Under the pieces are notes generated by a model. The model made no database searches. It was not told the DNA's origin and saw nothing but the letters and a program-made list of their open reading frames with translations. From the NCBI GenBank assembly GCA_964016885.1, contig OZ024762.1, positions 22,816,001 to 22,880,000 on the forward strand: DNA of 64,000 nt, written 5' to 3'. The stretch's first letter is position 1, and every line of letters starts with the position of its first letter. Source of the DNA: Eledone cirrhosa. Lineage: Eukaryota. This document shows, piece by piece, positions 41,279 through 53,118 of this stretch. Made by a program: the position numbers and the translations under genes.

Positions 41279-41625
41279 ATGATGGGTATGAAGCTGAAGG
41301 TATATCTTGGATACTGGATTTGCAAACTCCTCATCAATGGTCCGTAGATGTCCTACTTCTCTTGTAATTTTCTTACAGCGTTTACATGAAGTGGGCAGCT
41401 GATGTCCACAACAGAGCACGTTTTCAACGTATGTAGTTGTGTATCTATCTGTATATGTGTATATCTATCTATGTATGTGTGTATGCATACGTATATATAT
41501 ATATGTACGAGTGTATTTGCGTATGATTGTGGCAATGTGTGCACGTGTGCAAACACACGAGTGTATATATCACCTACAGGCATCAGTAACAATACTTCGT
41601 CTCCCTATTGTTGATGTCGTTCTGT

Positions 41626-41672
<47 letters not shown>

Positions 41673-41692
41673 GATATACATACGTATTTTTC

Positions 41693-41732
<40 letters not shown>

Positions 41733-42051
41733 GAATATATATGTATGTATAAACTTATATACATACATACATACATACATACATACATACATACATACAT
41801 ACATGTGTGTGTGGTGTCTGTGTGTGTATGTATGCATGGTTTTTCTCTTCAAGTTAAAAGGAATTCGATAGGGGAGTCCTATATTGTTGACTAAGCACAA
41901 GAAAAAATCTAATACAAAATCAATAGCTGAAATATAATATGGAACGGCAGTCGTCTTTAAAATTACTTTCATTTTTACATTCTTCTAATTGTCCTGTTCT
42001 TCCATACATTTCCCCATCTCCACCACCGTCTGACATTTGTTTACAACATTA

Positions 42052-42103
<52 letters not shown>

Positions 42104-42131
42104 AATACATATATTTATATATTTGTATGTG

Positions 42132-42184
<53 letters not shown>

Positions 42185-42242
42185 CATATACACATGTGTG
42201 TGTGTGTGCATATATATATATATATACATATACACATATGTG

Positions 42243-42287
<45 letters not shown>

Positions 42288-42454
42288 GTGTATATATATA
42301 TATATATACGTATATATATATATATAAATAAATATATATGTGTGTATATATATACGTATATATATATATAAATAAATATATATATGTGTGTATATATATA
42401 AATAAATATATATATATGTGTGTATATATATATAAATAAATATTGTGTGTGTGT

Positions 42455-42630
42455 GTGTCCACAAAACATGTATACACACTTCAACAGCATTCTAATAAAT
42501 ATGTGTATACATCTTTTTGAGTCACCCTGTATATATACTGTATATATATATACACACACACACACACATAAGGTGTCCCTTAACATGTATACACCCTTCA
42601 ATGGCATTCTAATAAATGTGTGTATACATT
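42455..42630. mobile_element. small Tc1/mariner-like MITE remnants
   Basis: GTGTCC..ATGTATACAC..GTGTATACATCTTTTTGAGTCACCCTG-TA inverted ends, present twice. Confidence 0.5.
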
Positions 42631-42993
42631 TTGTATGTATATATATATATATATGTGTATGTATATATATATATGTATGTATATGTATGTATATGTATAT
42701 ATATATATATGTATGTATATATATATGTATGTATATGTATATATATATGTGTAGTATATATATATATATATATATATTGCTTTGAAAACATAAGGAGACC
42801 AAGAGAAACAGACCATGAAATATTTCTTCATTTAACGATTATTGATACGAATGTGTCATTATATATATGTGTGTGTGTGTGTATGTGTGTATCTGTGTGT
42901 GTGTGTGTGTGTGTGCACATATGTTGGACTATATTTAGCATTTATTCAGAAATAATACAATAACTATAATATTCAGTCAATAAAGGAACCATG

Positions 42994-43040
<47 letters not shown>

Positions 43041-43089
43041 TATATATATATATACACACACATACAGAGAGAAAGAGAGCGCATTAAAT

Positions 43090-43134
<45 letters not shown>

Positions 43135-43234
43135 TACAGAGAGAAAGAGACCTCACCAAATACGTATTATATATATATACATATATATATACACACACAC
43201 ACACATACATACAGAGAGAAAGAGAGCGCACCAA

Positions 43235-43273
<39 letters not shown>

Positions 43274-43446
43274 GAGAAGTAGAGCTATAGAGAGAAATAG
43301 AGCTAGAGAGAGAGAGCTAGAGAGAGAGAGCTAGAGAGAGAGAGAGCTAGAGAGAGAGAGAGCTAGATACATAATTACGCATATATATATATGCCTGAAA
43401 TAATATTCAGCCAATACATACACAGTTGTCTGTGTGTGTATATATA

Positions 43447-43509
<63 letters not shown>

Positions 43510-44111
43510 ATATATATATATGTGTGTATATATATATGTGTGTGTATATATATATGTGTGTATATACATATATATATATATATGTACAATTTAATATAGT
43601 TATTCATTGTACACTTTGTCAAACGAGTTGCTTTATATATGTTAGCATAAATATTTGCATTTTATCGCTCGTAACGTACACCTACATTCTGTATTCATTC
43701 CATCGGAACTGGAGTTGAATGCGTTTCATATTTCTACAGAAATATGAACAAACTCTCATATCAGAAATATTACTGTATGAGTTTGGCATTTAAAATATCC
43801 TCAATTGTGCAATTGTATTAGGAAAATGTGACCAAAGTTAACCCCTGGAGACCTTTTAAAATACATTACAAGAATTCTTCTTGAACACAAGAGATCAAGC
43901 ATTCATAATAGAGCAGCTTCTGTTAATAAGGATTGGTACGTTACAATGATAATAAAAAAAATAGCAATAAATTACGAGGTCCTTGATCGGCGAAGAGACG
44001 ACAGAAATGATATTTAAGAATTGAGTTTGTCTGCGATACTACTCCAGCGTAATGGGCTAAACAGCAAACGGAAGCATTAAAGATACAAATATATATATAT
44101 ATATATATATC

Positions 44112-44162
44112 AGTTTCAGAAGATCCCGTTAAGGGTGAAAGCAACGATTCTTTGCTTAAACT
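44112..44162 (+). ncRNA. type I hammerhead-like motif, CAGAAGA core variant
   Basis: AGTTT-CAGAAGA-T-CCC GTTAA GGG-T-GAAA-GCAA CGATTCT TTGC-TT-AAACT; all three stems pair. Confidence 0.65.
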
Positions 44163-44312
44163 TTAATCTGTTATTTTAATAAATATTTGGTCTACGGTTC
44201 TTATATATTTGATATATATTTATCCATATCGAGCCCTCTTTGGATTTTAGTCTTCAAATTTATTATATATATATATATATATATAAACCACAGACCCTCC
44301 ATCTCAATTCTA

Positions 44313-44348
44313 CTTTTGAAAAGCAGAAGAACTGCGAAACCGGTAAAG
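44313..44348 (+). ncRNA. hammerhead-like motif with U3-A8 core (copies also at 44821-44856 -, 45568-45603 +)
   Basis: CTT-TTGAAAA-GCAG AAGAA CTGC-GAAA-CCGG-TA-AAG, identical in three copies. Confidence 0.6.
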
Positions 44349-44406
44349 GAACCAAATAAATATTCTTAAAAAGACTCCAGCTGCATTTTCGATTTCATCT
44401 TTTTTG

Positions 44407-44454
<48 letters not shown>

Positions 44455-44579
44455 GGAGGTGAGTTTTATTGTAGTACAATAAAGCAATGCAGATATCGGA
44501 TAAGAAGCACTCTACAGTTTGTAGGACTGGAGTATACATAATATATAAGAACAAAAGATGGTTAAAAGAGTTCCATGTA

Positions 44580-44646
44580 TTTTATTAGGCGCATTTCAAA
44601 AACAAATATCATCATGCAATAATATTTGTGTTTTCATCAGATAAAA
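44580..44646 (-). ncRNA. type I hammerhead motif, decayed cleavage site
   Basis: Minus strand TTTTAT-CTGATGA-AAACACAAATAT..ATATTTGTTTTT-GAAA-TGCG-CC-TAATAAAA. Confidence 0.55.
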
Positions 44647-44707
44647 CAGGAGGACATGATATGAAGGTTAAAAAACACTTGTGGATAGTTCAGTTTTAAA
44701 TCATATA

Positions 44708-44744
<37 letters not shown>

Positions 44745-44750
<6 letters not shown>

Positions 44751-45680
44751 AAAACAAGATGAAATCGAAAATGCAGCTGGAGTCTTATTTAAAAAAAAAA
44801 GTATATATATTTATTTGGTTCTTTACCGGTTTCGCAGTTCTTCTGCTTTTCAAAAGTAGAGTTGAGATGGAGGGTCTGTGGTTTTTCTCACATCTGGTTG
44901 GTCTTTGAATATTACTTGTTTTATATGGAAACAAGTCGCTCGAAACGCCATGTTTTTAGAGAAGTAATTTGATTGGTTGGTCAACAAGTATAATAAATTT
45001 GGCGCCAGTTCGCGTTACAAAGTTCTTCAAAGAAGGTAGGTGGGGTGGGTTGGGTGGGATATGGGGGCTCAGGTTGTTTTTTCATATATGAGTGTTTGAA
45101 TTACATTTTACTTAAAATAAGGGGCTCACGAAGGCTTTTTTTAAAAATGTCATTTGATTGGTTATAAATGAAATATATGGTTGTCACGTGAACAAGTTCA
45201 TTAAAATTTCGCGCTCGTATTTGGGAATTTATTTTGTAGCCTTTTACAGAATTTTATGACAATAAAAAAAGTGGCTCCCGAAGGCTTTTTTTTTTTAAAA
45301 TGCAATTTGATTGGTTATAAATAAAATTATGACTGTCACGTGAACCAGTTCCGCGCCCGTATTTGGGAATTTCTTTTGTAGCCATTTAGACAATTTTATG
45401 ACAAGCAAAAGATAATGGTCAAGATAAATGATGAGAGAATTGATCTGGTTCAGTGAATATGGCTAGTTCGTTGGGGTGTCAGAGTTCACTTTTTTCCATA
45501 CAAAACAAGTAACATTCAAAGACCAACTAGATGTGAGAAAAAACACAGACCCTCCATCTCAACTCTACTTTTGAAAAGCAGAAGAACTGCGAAACCGGTA
45601 AAGGAACCAAATAAATATATATATATTTTTTAAAATAAGACACCAGTTGTATTTTCGATTTCATCTTTTTGTCTTTATAC
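44745..45680. mobile_element. fold-back element with ~190-bp inverted ends; third end copy at 44285-44410
   Basis: 44745-44936 mirrors 45488-45680; internal ~150-bp duplication containing GATTGGTT and CACGTG motifs. Confidence 0.85.
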
Positions 45681-46253
45681 TTTCACTCGTGTAGGACACC
45701 TCGGTTATTTTCCATTTTGTTAAAAAAAAAACACTTTCTAATATATATATATATATTATTATATATATATATATTATTTGATGTTATTCCAAATTGAAGG
45801 ATAAGTGTTTCAAACTTTATTTTATCATGAGTTAAATGTCTATTGAATTTTCCCTGGATTTCACTAAATTCTGTGGATGAATTTATATCCTGATTCTCTT
45901 TTGGGATGAGTTTGAATTATTTTTCCTAAATCTTACGTTAACTACTTTTCCCATCTTGACGTTATAGTCGCATATATGTTATAGAATGCTGTTAGCTTCT
46001 TGCTAAAAGAATCTCTATACCTCTCATTTATATATATATATATATCGTTTCTGAATTTGTTTAGCAAGATTCTTTATCTGAAAACGTGTGTTGAAACCGA
46101 TATTGTTATACTTTGGGAGGGTCATGTTGCCAATAAGAAACACACCCACCGGTTGCTTTCACTTCAATTTATTATAATACATTTATAAATTTAGGAATTT
46201 ATCAATTTCCGGTTGGTTGGTTGATTCCACAACCAGATGGTTGTTTATATATT

Positions 46254-46296
46254 GTCAAAGTTCTTTCGTCACACATTCTGTGACCTTTTCAGTGAC
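46254..46296 (-). ncRNA. degenerate hammerhead motif in the PLE 3' UTR
   Basis: Minus strand GTCA-CTGAAAA-G GTCACA GAATG TGTGAC-GAAA-GAAC-TT-TGAC, about 200 nt downstream of the GIY-YIG stop. Confidence 0.6.
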
Positions 46297-46497
46297 TGGG
46301 GATTCTTTTCTTTGTTCTTGTGCCTCTCCTTTGTTCTGTCTTACGCCATCTTGTTTCTGTGTGTGTGTTGTGTGCTCAGTTTGCGCATGCGCCACATCCG
46401 GATGTCTGTGTGTGTTTATATTCGTTTATGTATTTGTTTATTTACATGTTACGGGTTGGTTGTTTGTTCTATGCGCGTGTGTGTTTTAATTTTGTCC

Positions 46498-46815
46498 TTA
46501 ATTGTAAGTTGTGATGTTGCTGTTCCACTCATGTTTTCTATTTAATTTTAGTTGTAATTCTTTTATGTTTATTGCCTCTGTGATTTGTCTAAACATTGCG
46601 TCTTTTCTGTGTGTAGATTCTATTTTTATTTCTATGTTCTCTAATTTACCCTTATGTTCTATTTTAGCATGTTGGTAGAGTACAGATGATTCTTTACTAT
46701 CTTGAAGGTCTCGCCAGTGTTCATTTATCCGTACCCCTATACTACGAGCTGTCTCACCTATGTACACTATATTTTTGTCTCTAAATTGTCCTTCAGTACA
46801 TCTTATGCATATAGC
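46498..46815 (-). pseudogene. Penelope-like element GIY-YIG endonuclease C-terminus
   Basis: ICIRC..IVYIGETARSIGVRINEH..SVLYQH..EH..DAMFRQITEAINI..LNRKHEW. Confidence 0.9.
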
Positions 46816-46974
46816 ATAAGATGTACTTTCTGATTTTTTAACCCAAACTTTTCAGTCGTAATTTATATTTTTACGCTCGAGGAAAACAACATGTACGAAT
46901 TCTGAAGAAACAAATCAAAACAACCTCAGTTACCGCCCTTTTTTCTTAATGTGGGCACGAATGTAAATTAGCGT

Positions 46975-47040
46975 TTGTGGCCCGCCTGATATCTCATGCG
47001 GCTCGGTTCTCGAAAAACCTTTGCCCATGCCTGCTCTACA
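46975..47040 (-). mobile_element. possible hAT-type MITE end
   Basis: Minus strand TAGAG-CAGGCATGGGCAAA..GGCGGGCC; only one end seen. Confidence 0.4.
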
Positions 47041-47489
47041 CCAACTACAAATTCCAATCATATCGAAATCTGAAGTAAAACAAACGTAATAATGATATAA
47101 AGGATAATACAAACTAATGTTGCCCTCCCCCTCCCCAGTCTATTCCCCAGGATTAGACGATATGTGTCACCTTGAGCTAAACATGTTAGGATATTGAAGT
47201 AAAATATTGAAATAGTATCTTAATTAAAACAGACAAGGAAACTACCTACATATATATATATATATATATGCGCGTGCGCATGTGTACATGGATAGATATA
47301 TATGCATATTGACATGTATATGTGCATATATATATATGCATACGTATGTGTGGTTACATAAATATATATACATATATACATGCATAAGTGCATATATGTA
47401 TTCATGCATATATATATATATATATATATATATCAATGTATGAAGTATATATATATATTTCAATGTATAAAGTAAATATATATATATTT

Positions 47490-47533
<44 letters not shown>

Positions 47534-47733
47534 CAATGTATAAAGTATATATATAAAGTATATATATATATATGTGATGTTTAAAGTATATATATATGTG
47601 ATGTTTAAGGTATATATATATGTGATGTTTAAGGTATATATATATATATATATGTGATGTTTAAGGTATATATATATATACATATGTGATGTTTAAAGTA
47701 TATATATATATATATATATGTGTGATGTTTAAA

Positions 47734-47782
<49 letters not shown>

Positions 47783-47784
47783 AT

Positions 47785-47823
<39 letters not shown>

Positions 47824-47903
47824 ATGTTTAAAGTATATATATATATATATGTGATGTTTAAAGTATATATATATATAAATATATATATATGTGATGTTTA
47901 AAG

Positions 47904-47951
<48 letters not shown>

Positions 47952-48589
47952 CATACATACACACACAGGTATAGATGGCTATATATATGACACACATCCA
48001 CCCACCCAGCTCCCCATATACCCCACCTTCCCATTTCATTTACATTTCTCATATTTAGATTTAGATTAGATTTAATGCCAGCAAATATTCCCCTTTTCAA
48101 TTATATTACGGATTAACCGAGCTGTCAGCTTGACAAACAGACAGACGACTGTTCAGGTAATGGCGCTGTTTTTATGAATTTCAAGCTTACACTACTTCGT
48201 CGTCATCGTCGTCGTTGTTGTCGTCATCGTTGCCATCATCATCATCGTCGCCATCACATCTCCTCCATCACCATCGACCTGGTCGTCATCATCATCTCCA
48301 TCACAGTCGCAATGACCATCGTGGCAATAAACCACTCCCGGCGTCGGCGGCGGCGTCGTCATCGTCATCGTCATCGGCATCGGCATCGTCATCGGCATCG
48401 TCATCGGCATCGCCGTCGTCATCGCCGTCGTCATCGCCGTCACCATCACCCCCACCGTCATATATATACATATATATATACAACACTGACATCACTACCC
48501 TCCCCATCTATATCCAAACCCACCACCCCACCACCATCTATATATATATATATATATATATGTGGTGGCTGCCAACTCGTTTTCGAGTA

Positions 48590-49115
48590 CGGCCACTACT
48601 TTATATCCATGTAGGAGAACCCCTACCGATGCGCTGAACGAGTGTGACTTTTGAGTCCAGCCAGCGACTTGAAAACTCTGGTACAAACACTACACTTGTG
48701 ACAATTATTGACACATAGTGCTGGGCCCATGGTACCATGTGACGACAAGTGCAGAGAGATCTCCAGATATAAAGCAATGCCTGTGCCGTGAAGCTTTTAT
48801 AGTGAGCAAAGGCACTGCACAAAGCCAGTCCCACTCTCTTAACCAAGATGATATTTACCAAAAAGAAGAACAAGTCAACATCATTGGATACCATCAGGGT
48901 TGCAGGTGTTATATCAGAGTTTTCCTTCTCATTCTGCCTTGACAAAGGCTAAGGGGTCATCTCTCCCGGTGATTTTGGATGGCCATTGACTCTTAAGAGC
49001 TCCTTTGCCCTTTGATAGGTTTCGTTTTTAGTCCTGCAGGATGTCCAAAGTCACCCTCCTCACCAAGAAACCTTGGTGGGGTTGCCAGTTTAGTCGCCAA
49101 CGACCCGACCATGAG
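48590..49115 (-). mobile_element. longer copy of the 30050-30423 repeat
   Basis: Reverse complement matches over about 330 bp. Confidence 0.7.
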
Positions 49116-49424
49116 ACATATATATATATATATACAAACAACACTGCCACCACCATCATCCATCATCGCCATCATCATCATCATCACCCTCGTCCTTTTC
49201 CCACTAATCTGGCCAACGTCGTTCATGAATTAGTGTTTCTGATTCAGACACAAAGCCAATAGTTTTAATGTGAAGAGGGAAAGTCGATCAAATGAACCCC
49301 AGTGTATTACTGGTACTTTATTTTATCGACCCCTGTAAAGATGAAAGGCGAAGTTAACTTTGACGGGATTTGAACTCAGAAAATAATAGACCGTAACTCT
49401 GTACCTTACTGTACAGAGTTACGG

Positions 49425-51300
49425 TGGCAGTAATAGTAGTTGTCATCGTTGTAGTGGTGGTGGTAGTGGTGTTGGTAGTGGTGGTGGTAGTGGTGGTGGT
49501 GGTGGTGGTGGTGGTAGTGGTGGTGGTGGTGTTGGTGGTGGTGGTGGTGGTGGTAGTGGTGGTGGTGGTGTTGGTGGTGGTGTTGGTAGTGGTGGTGGTG
49601 GTGTTGGTGGTGGTGTTGGTAGTGGTGGTGGTAGTGGTGGTGGTGGTGGTGGTGGTAGTGGTGGTGGTGGTTGTGGTGTTGGTGGTGGTAGTGGTGGTGG
49701 TGGTGTTGGTGGTGGTGTTGGTGGTGGTGGTGGTAGTGGTGGTGGTGGTGGTGGTGGTGGTGGTGGTGTTGGTGGTGGTGGTGGTGGTGGTGGTAGTGGT
49801 GGTGGTGGTGTTAGTGGTAGTGGTGGTGGTAGTGGTGGTGGTGGTGTTGGTGGTGGTGGTGGTGGTGGTGGTAGTGGTGGTGGTGTTGGTGGTGGTAGTG
49901 GTGTTGGTAGTGGTGGTGGTAGTGGTGGTGGTGGTGTTGGTAGTGGTGGTGTTGGTGGTGGTGGTGGTGGTAGTGGTGTTGGTGGTGGTAGTGGTGGTGG
50001 TGGTGGTGTTGGTGGTGGTGTTGGTAGTGGTGGTGGTAGTGGTGGTGGTGGTGGTGGTAGTGGTGTTGGTGGTGTTGGTGGTGGTGGTGGTAGTGGTGGT
50101 GGTGTTGGTGGTGTTGGTGGTGTTGGTGGTGTTGGTGGTGGTGGTAGTGGTGGTGGTAGTGGTGGTGGTGGTTGTGGTGGTGATGATGGTGGTGGTGGTG
50201 GTGGTGTTGGTGGTGTTGGTGGTGGTGGTGTTGGTGGTGGTGGTGGTGGTGGTGTTGGTGGTGGTGGTGGTGGTGGTGTTGGTGGTGGTGGTGGTAGTGG
50301 TGGTGGTGGTTGTGGTGTTGGTGGTGGTGGTGGTGGTGGTAGTGGTGGTGGTAGTGGTGGTGGTAGTGGTGGTGGTGGTTGTGGTGTTGGTGGTGGTAGT
50401 GGTGGTGGTGGTGTTGGTGGTGTTGGTGGTGGTGGTGGCGGTGGTGGTGGTGGTAGTGGTGGTGGTGGTGGTGGTGATGGTGGTGATGATGGTGGTGGTG
50501 GTGGTGTTGGTGGTGTTGGTGGTGTTGGTGGTGTTGGTGGTGTTGGTGGTGTTGGTGGTGGTGGTGTTGGTGGTGCTGTGGTGGTGGTGGTGCTGTGGTG
50601 GTGGTGGTGCTGATGATGGTGGTGTCGGTGGTGTTGGTGGTGGTGGTGGTGGTGGTGTTGGTGGTGGTGGTGGTGGTGGTGGTGGTGGTGGTGTTGGTGG
50701 TGGTGGTGGTGGTGGTGTTGGTGGTGGTAGTGGTGGTGGTGGTGTTGGTGGTGGTGGTGGTGGTGGTGTTGGTGGTGGTGGTGGTAGTGGTGGTGGTAGT
50801 GGTGGTGGTGGTGATGGTGGTGATGATGGTGGTGGTAGTGGTGGTGGTAGTGGTGGTGGTGGTGATGATGGTGGTGGTGGTGTTGGTGGTGGTGTTGGTG
50901 GTGTTGGTGGTGTTGGTGGTGGTGGTGGTGGTGTTGGTGGTGTTGGTGGTGTTGGTGTTGGTGGTGTTGGTGGTGTTGGTGTTGGTGGTGTTGGTAGTGT
51001 GGGTGGTGGTGTTGGTGTTGTTGGTGTTGTTGGTGTTGTTGGTGGTGTTGGTGGTGGTGTTGTTGGTGTTGGTGGTGTTGGTAGTGTGGGTGGTGCCGGT
51101 GGTGGTGGTGTTGGTGGTGTTGGTGGTGTGGGTGGTGTGGGTGGCGTGGGTGGTGTTGGTGGTGGTGTTAATGGTGATGGTGGTGGTGGTGTTAGTGGTG
51201 GTAGTGGTAGTGATGATGGAGTTGGTGGTGGTGGTGGTGGTGGTAGTGGTGCTGGTGGTTTGGTTGGTATTGGTGGTGGTGGTTGTGTGGTCTTTGTGGG
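49425..51300. repeat. ~1.9-kb (GGT/GTT/AGT)n trinucleotide repeat
   Basis: Seen directly; long ORFs on both strands, as expected for a simple repeat. Confidence 0.95.
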
Positions 51301-51431
51301 TGTAGTGACCAATGTGTGTTAATCGAGTACCAGAAATAGTTCTGAATTTCATACTTTCAGAGTTATAATTGGATAGAAGAAGTATGATTCCTTACTTGGC
51401 ATATATATCCCCCTCTTTCTCGCTTGCTCTA

Positions 51432-51477
<46 letters not shown>

Positions 51478-51644
51478 CAATATATACATATCTACATATA
51501 TGTGTACATCTCTCTCTTATATATATATATATATATATAAACGGAAAAAATGAAACGAAATTTCATTTCTCACTCTTAGTACGGCTGTTACTTAAATATA
51601 AGTATGTCTACGTACATACATATATGTATACATACGTACAGTAG

Positions 51645-51690
<46 letters not shown>

Positions 51691-51775
51691 CATGCACACA
51701 TAGATATATGTACGTATATATATATATATAAATGAAAAGTATAAAATTATTGTAGCAAGAAGTCAACAGTATTCC

Positions 51776-51841
<66 letters not shown>

Positions 51842-52334
51842 TAAATATCTAGGTATATGTGTACATATATATTTATATACAAATATCAACATATATAAAT
51901 ATCTACATATATGTGTACACATCTATAAATATATATATATATACACATACATGTATATACATACACAAATATATATATATATAAATATGTACATATCTTC
52001 ACTTTTTAAATAGAAAAGTTACCATTTTTGATCTTATACATAGACCCACACACATATAGCCACCATGTGTGTGTGCGTGTGCGCGCGAGTGCGTGTGCGT
52101 GTGCGCGTGTGTGTGTGTAAATCATTCAATATTATTATTATTATCATTAATACGGTGGATTTGCTGAGTCAGTAGAGCGCTAGACAAATGTTTCGCACCT
52201 TTGGTCCGGCTCAGAGGTCATATCTCAATAATAACAACAATAATAGTAAGAATAACAATAATAATAGTAACAATAACGATAGTAATAATAACAATAATAA
52301 CAGTAATAATAATAATATAATAATGAAATGAAAA

Positions 52335-53066
52335 ATGGATGCAACCCATTATGCCGTGAATGTAAAAAAAACAACCGGAGACCATTGATCATATAATTTC
52401 AATGTGCAGTCCTATAGCTCCAACCTAATACCTAAACAGGCATGACAGAGCTGCACAATACATACATTGGATAATGTGTAAGCATTTTGACCTGCCCCAT
52501 CAAAAGAATTTGTGGTAGCATCAACCACCTCCCGTACTTGAAAAAGATCACATCTCAATCTTGTGGAACTTTAGCATCCAAACAGACCGAAAAATAGATG
52601 CAAATAGACCTGATATAATACTGAAGGACTTCAAAAAAAGGGTATGCCTGCTAATTGATATGTCCATTGCAATAGACAAGAATGTATCTATAAAAACAGT
52701 TGAAACATTGAGCAAGTATAAGGACCTGGAGATAGAAATTGGAACAATGTGGAAGCTGAGAACTAAAACAATACCACTGGTTGTAGGCGCTCTAGGAATG
52801 ATACCTAAGGGGTCTAATAATTGCTTATCGCAAATCCCAGGAAACCCGCGTATAGGAGAAATACAAAAGATAGTACTAACGGGAACTGCCCATATACTAA
52901 GGAAGATTCTGTCAATATAAGTACATCACAAGTCTAAACACCTAAATATGCATGTGTGTGTGTGTATCTGTGTTCTTTCTTGAACATGCGGACGTTGTTG
53001 TCTCTTGAGGTCACTGGTTGTGACTTCGTGATAACTCGTATGAACATAAAGCAATATAAATGTGAC

Positions 53067-53067
<1 letters not shown>
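52335..53067 (+). pseudogene. R4/Dong-like non-LTR retrotransposon 3' end (CCHC knuckle plus REL endonuclease, 3' UTR)
   Basis: CREC..ETIDHIISMC..YLNRHD..IHW..ILWNFSIQTDRKIDANRPDII..CLLIDMSI..KYKDL..IPLVVGALG; in-frame stops upstream of 52561; flanked by (TAA)n. Confidence 0.9.
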
Positions 53068-53102
<35 letters not shown>

Positions 53103-53118
53103 TGTTTCTACTTTTGGG

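Noticed and set aside
48050-48180. Unique island with TAAT/TGACA/TTTATG motifs (possible enhancer; similar at 40110-40300)
   Set aside because: Short motifs are expected by chance in AT-rich DNA and cannot be supported without conservation or chromatin data.
49354-51352. 652-aa Thr/Pro 'mucin-like' and 632-aa Val/Gly ORFs
   Set aside because: Pure trinucleotide repeat with ORFs on both strands; no signal peptide or non-repeat domain, and one end runs into a SINE.
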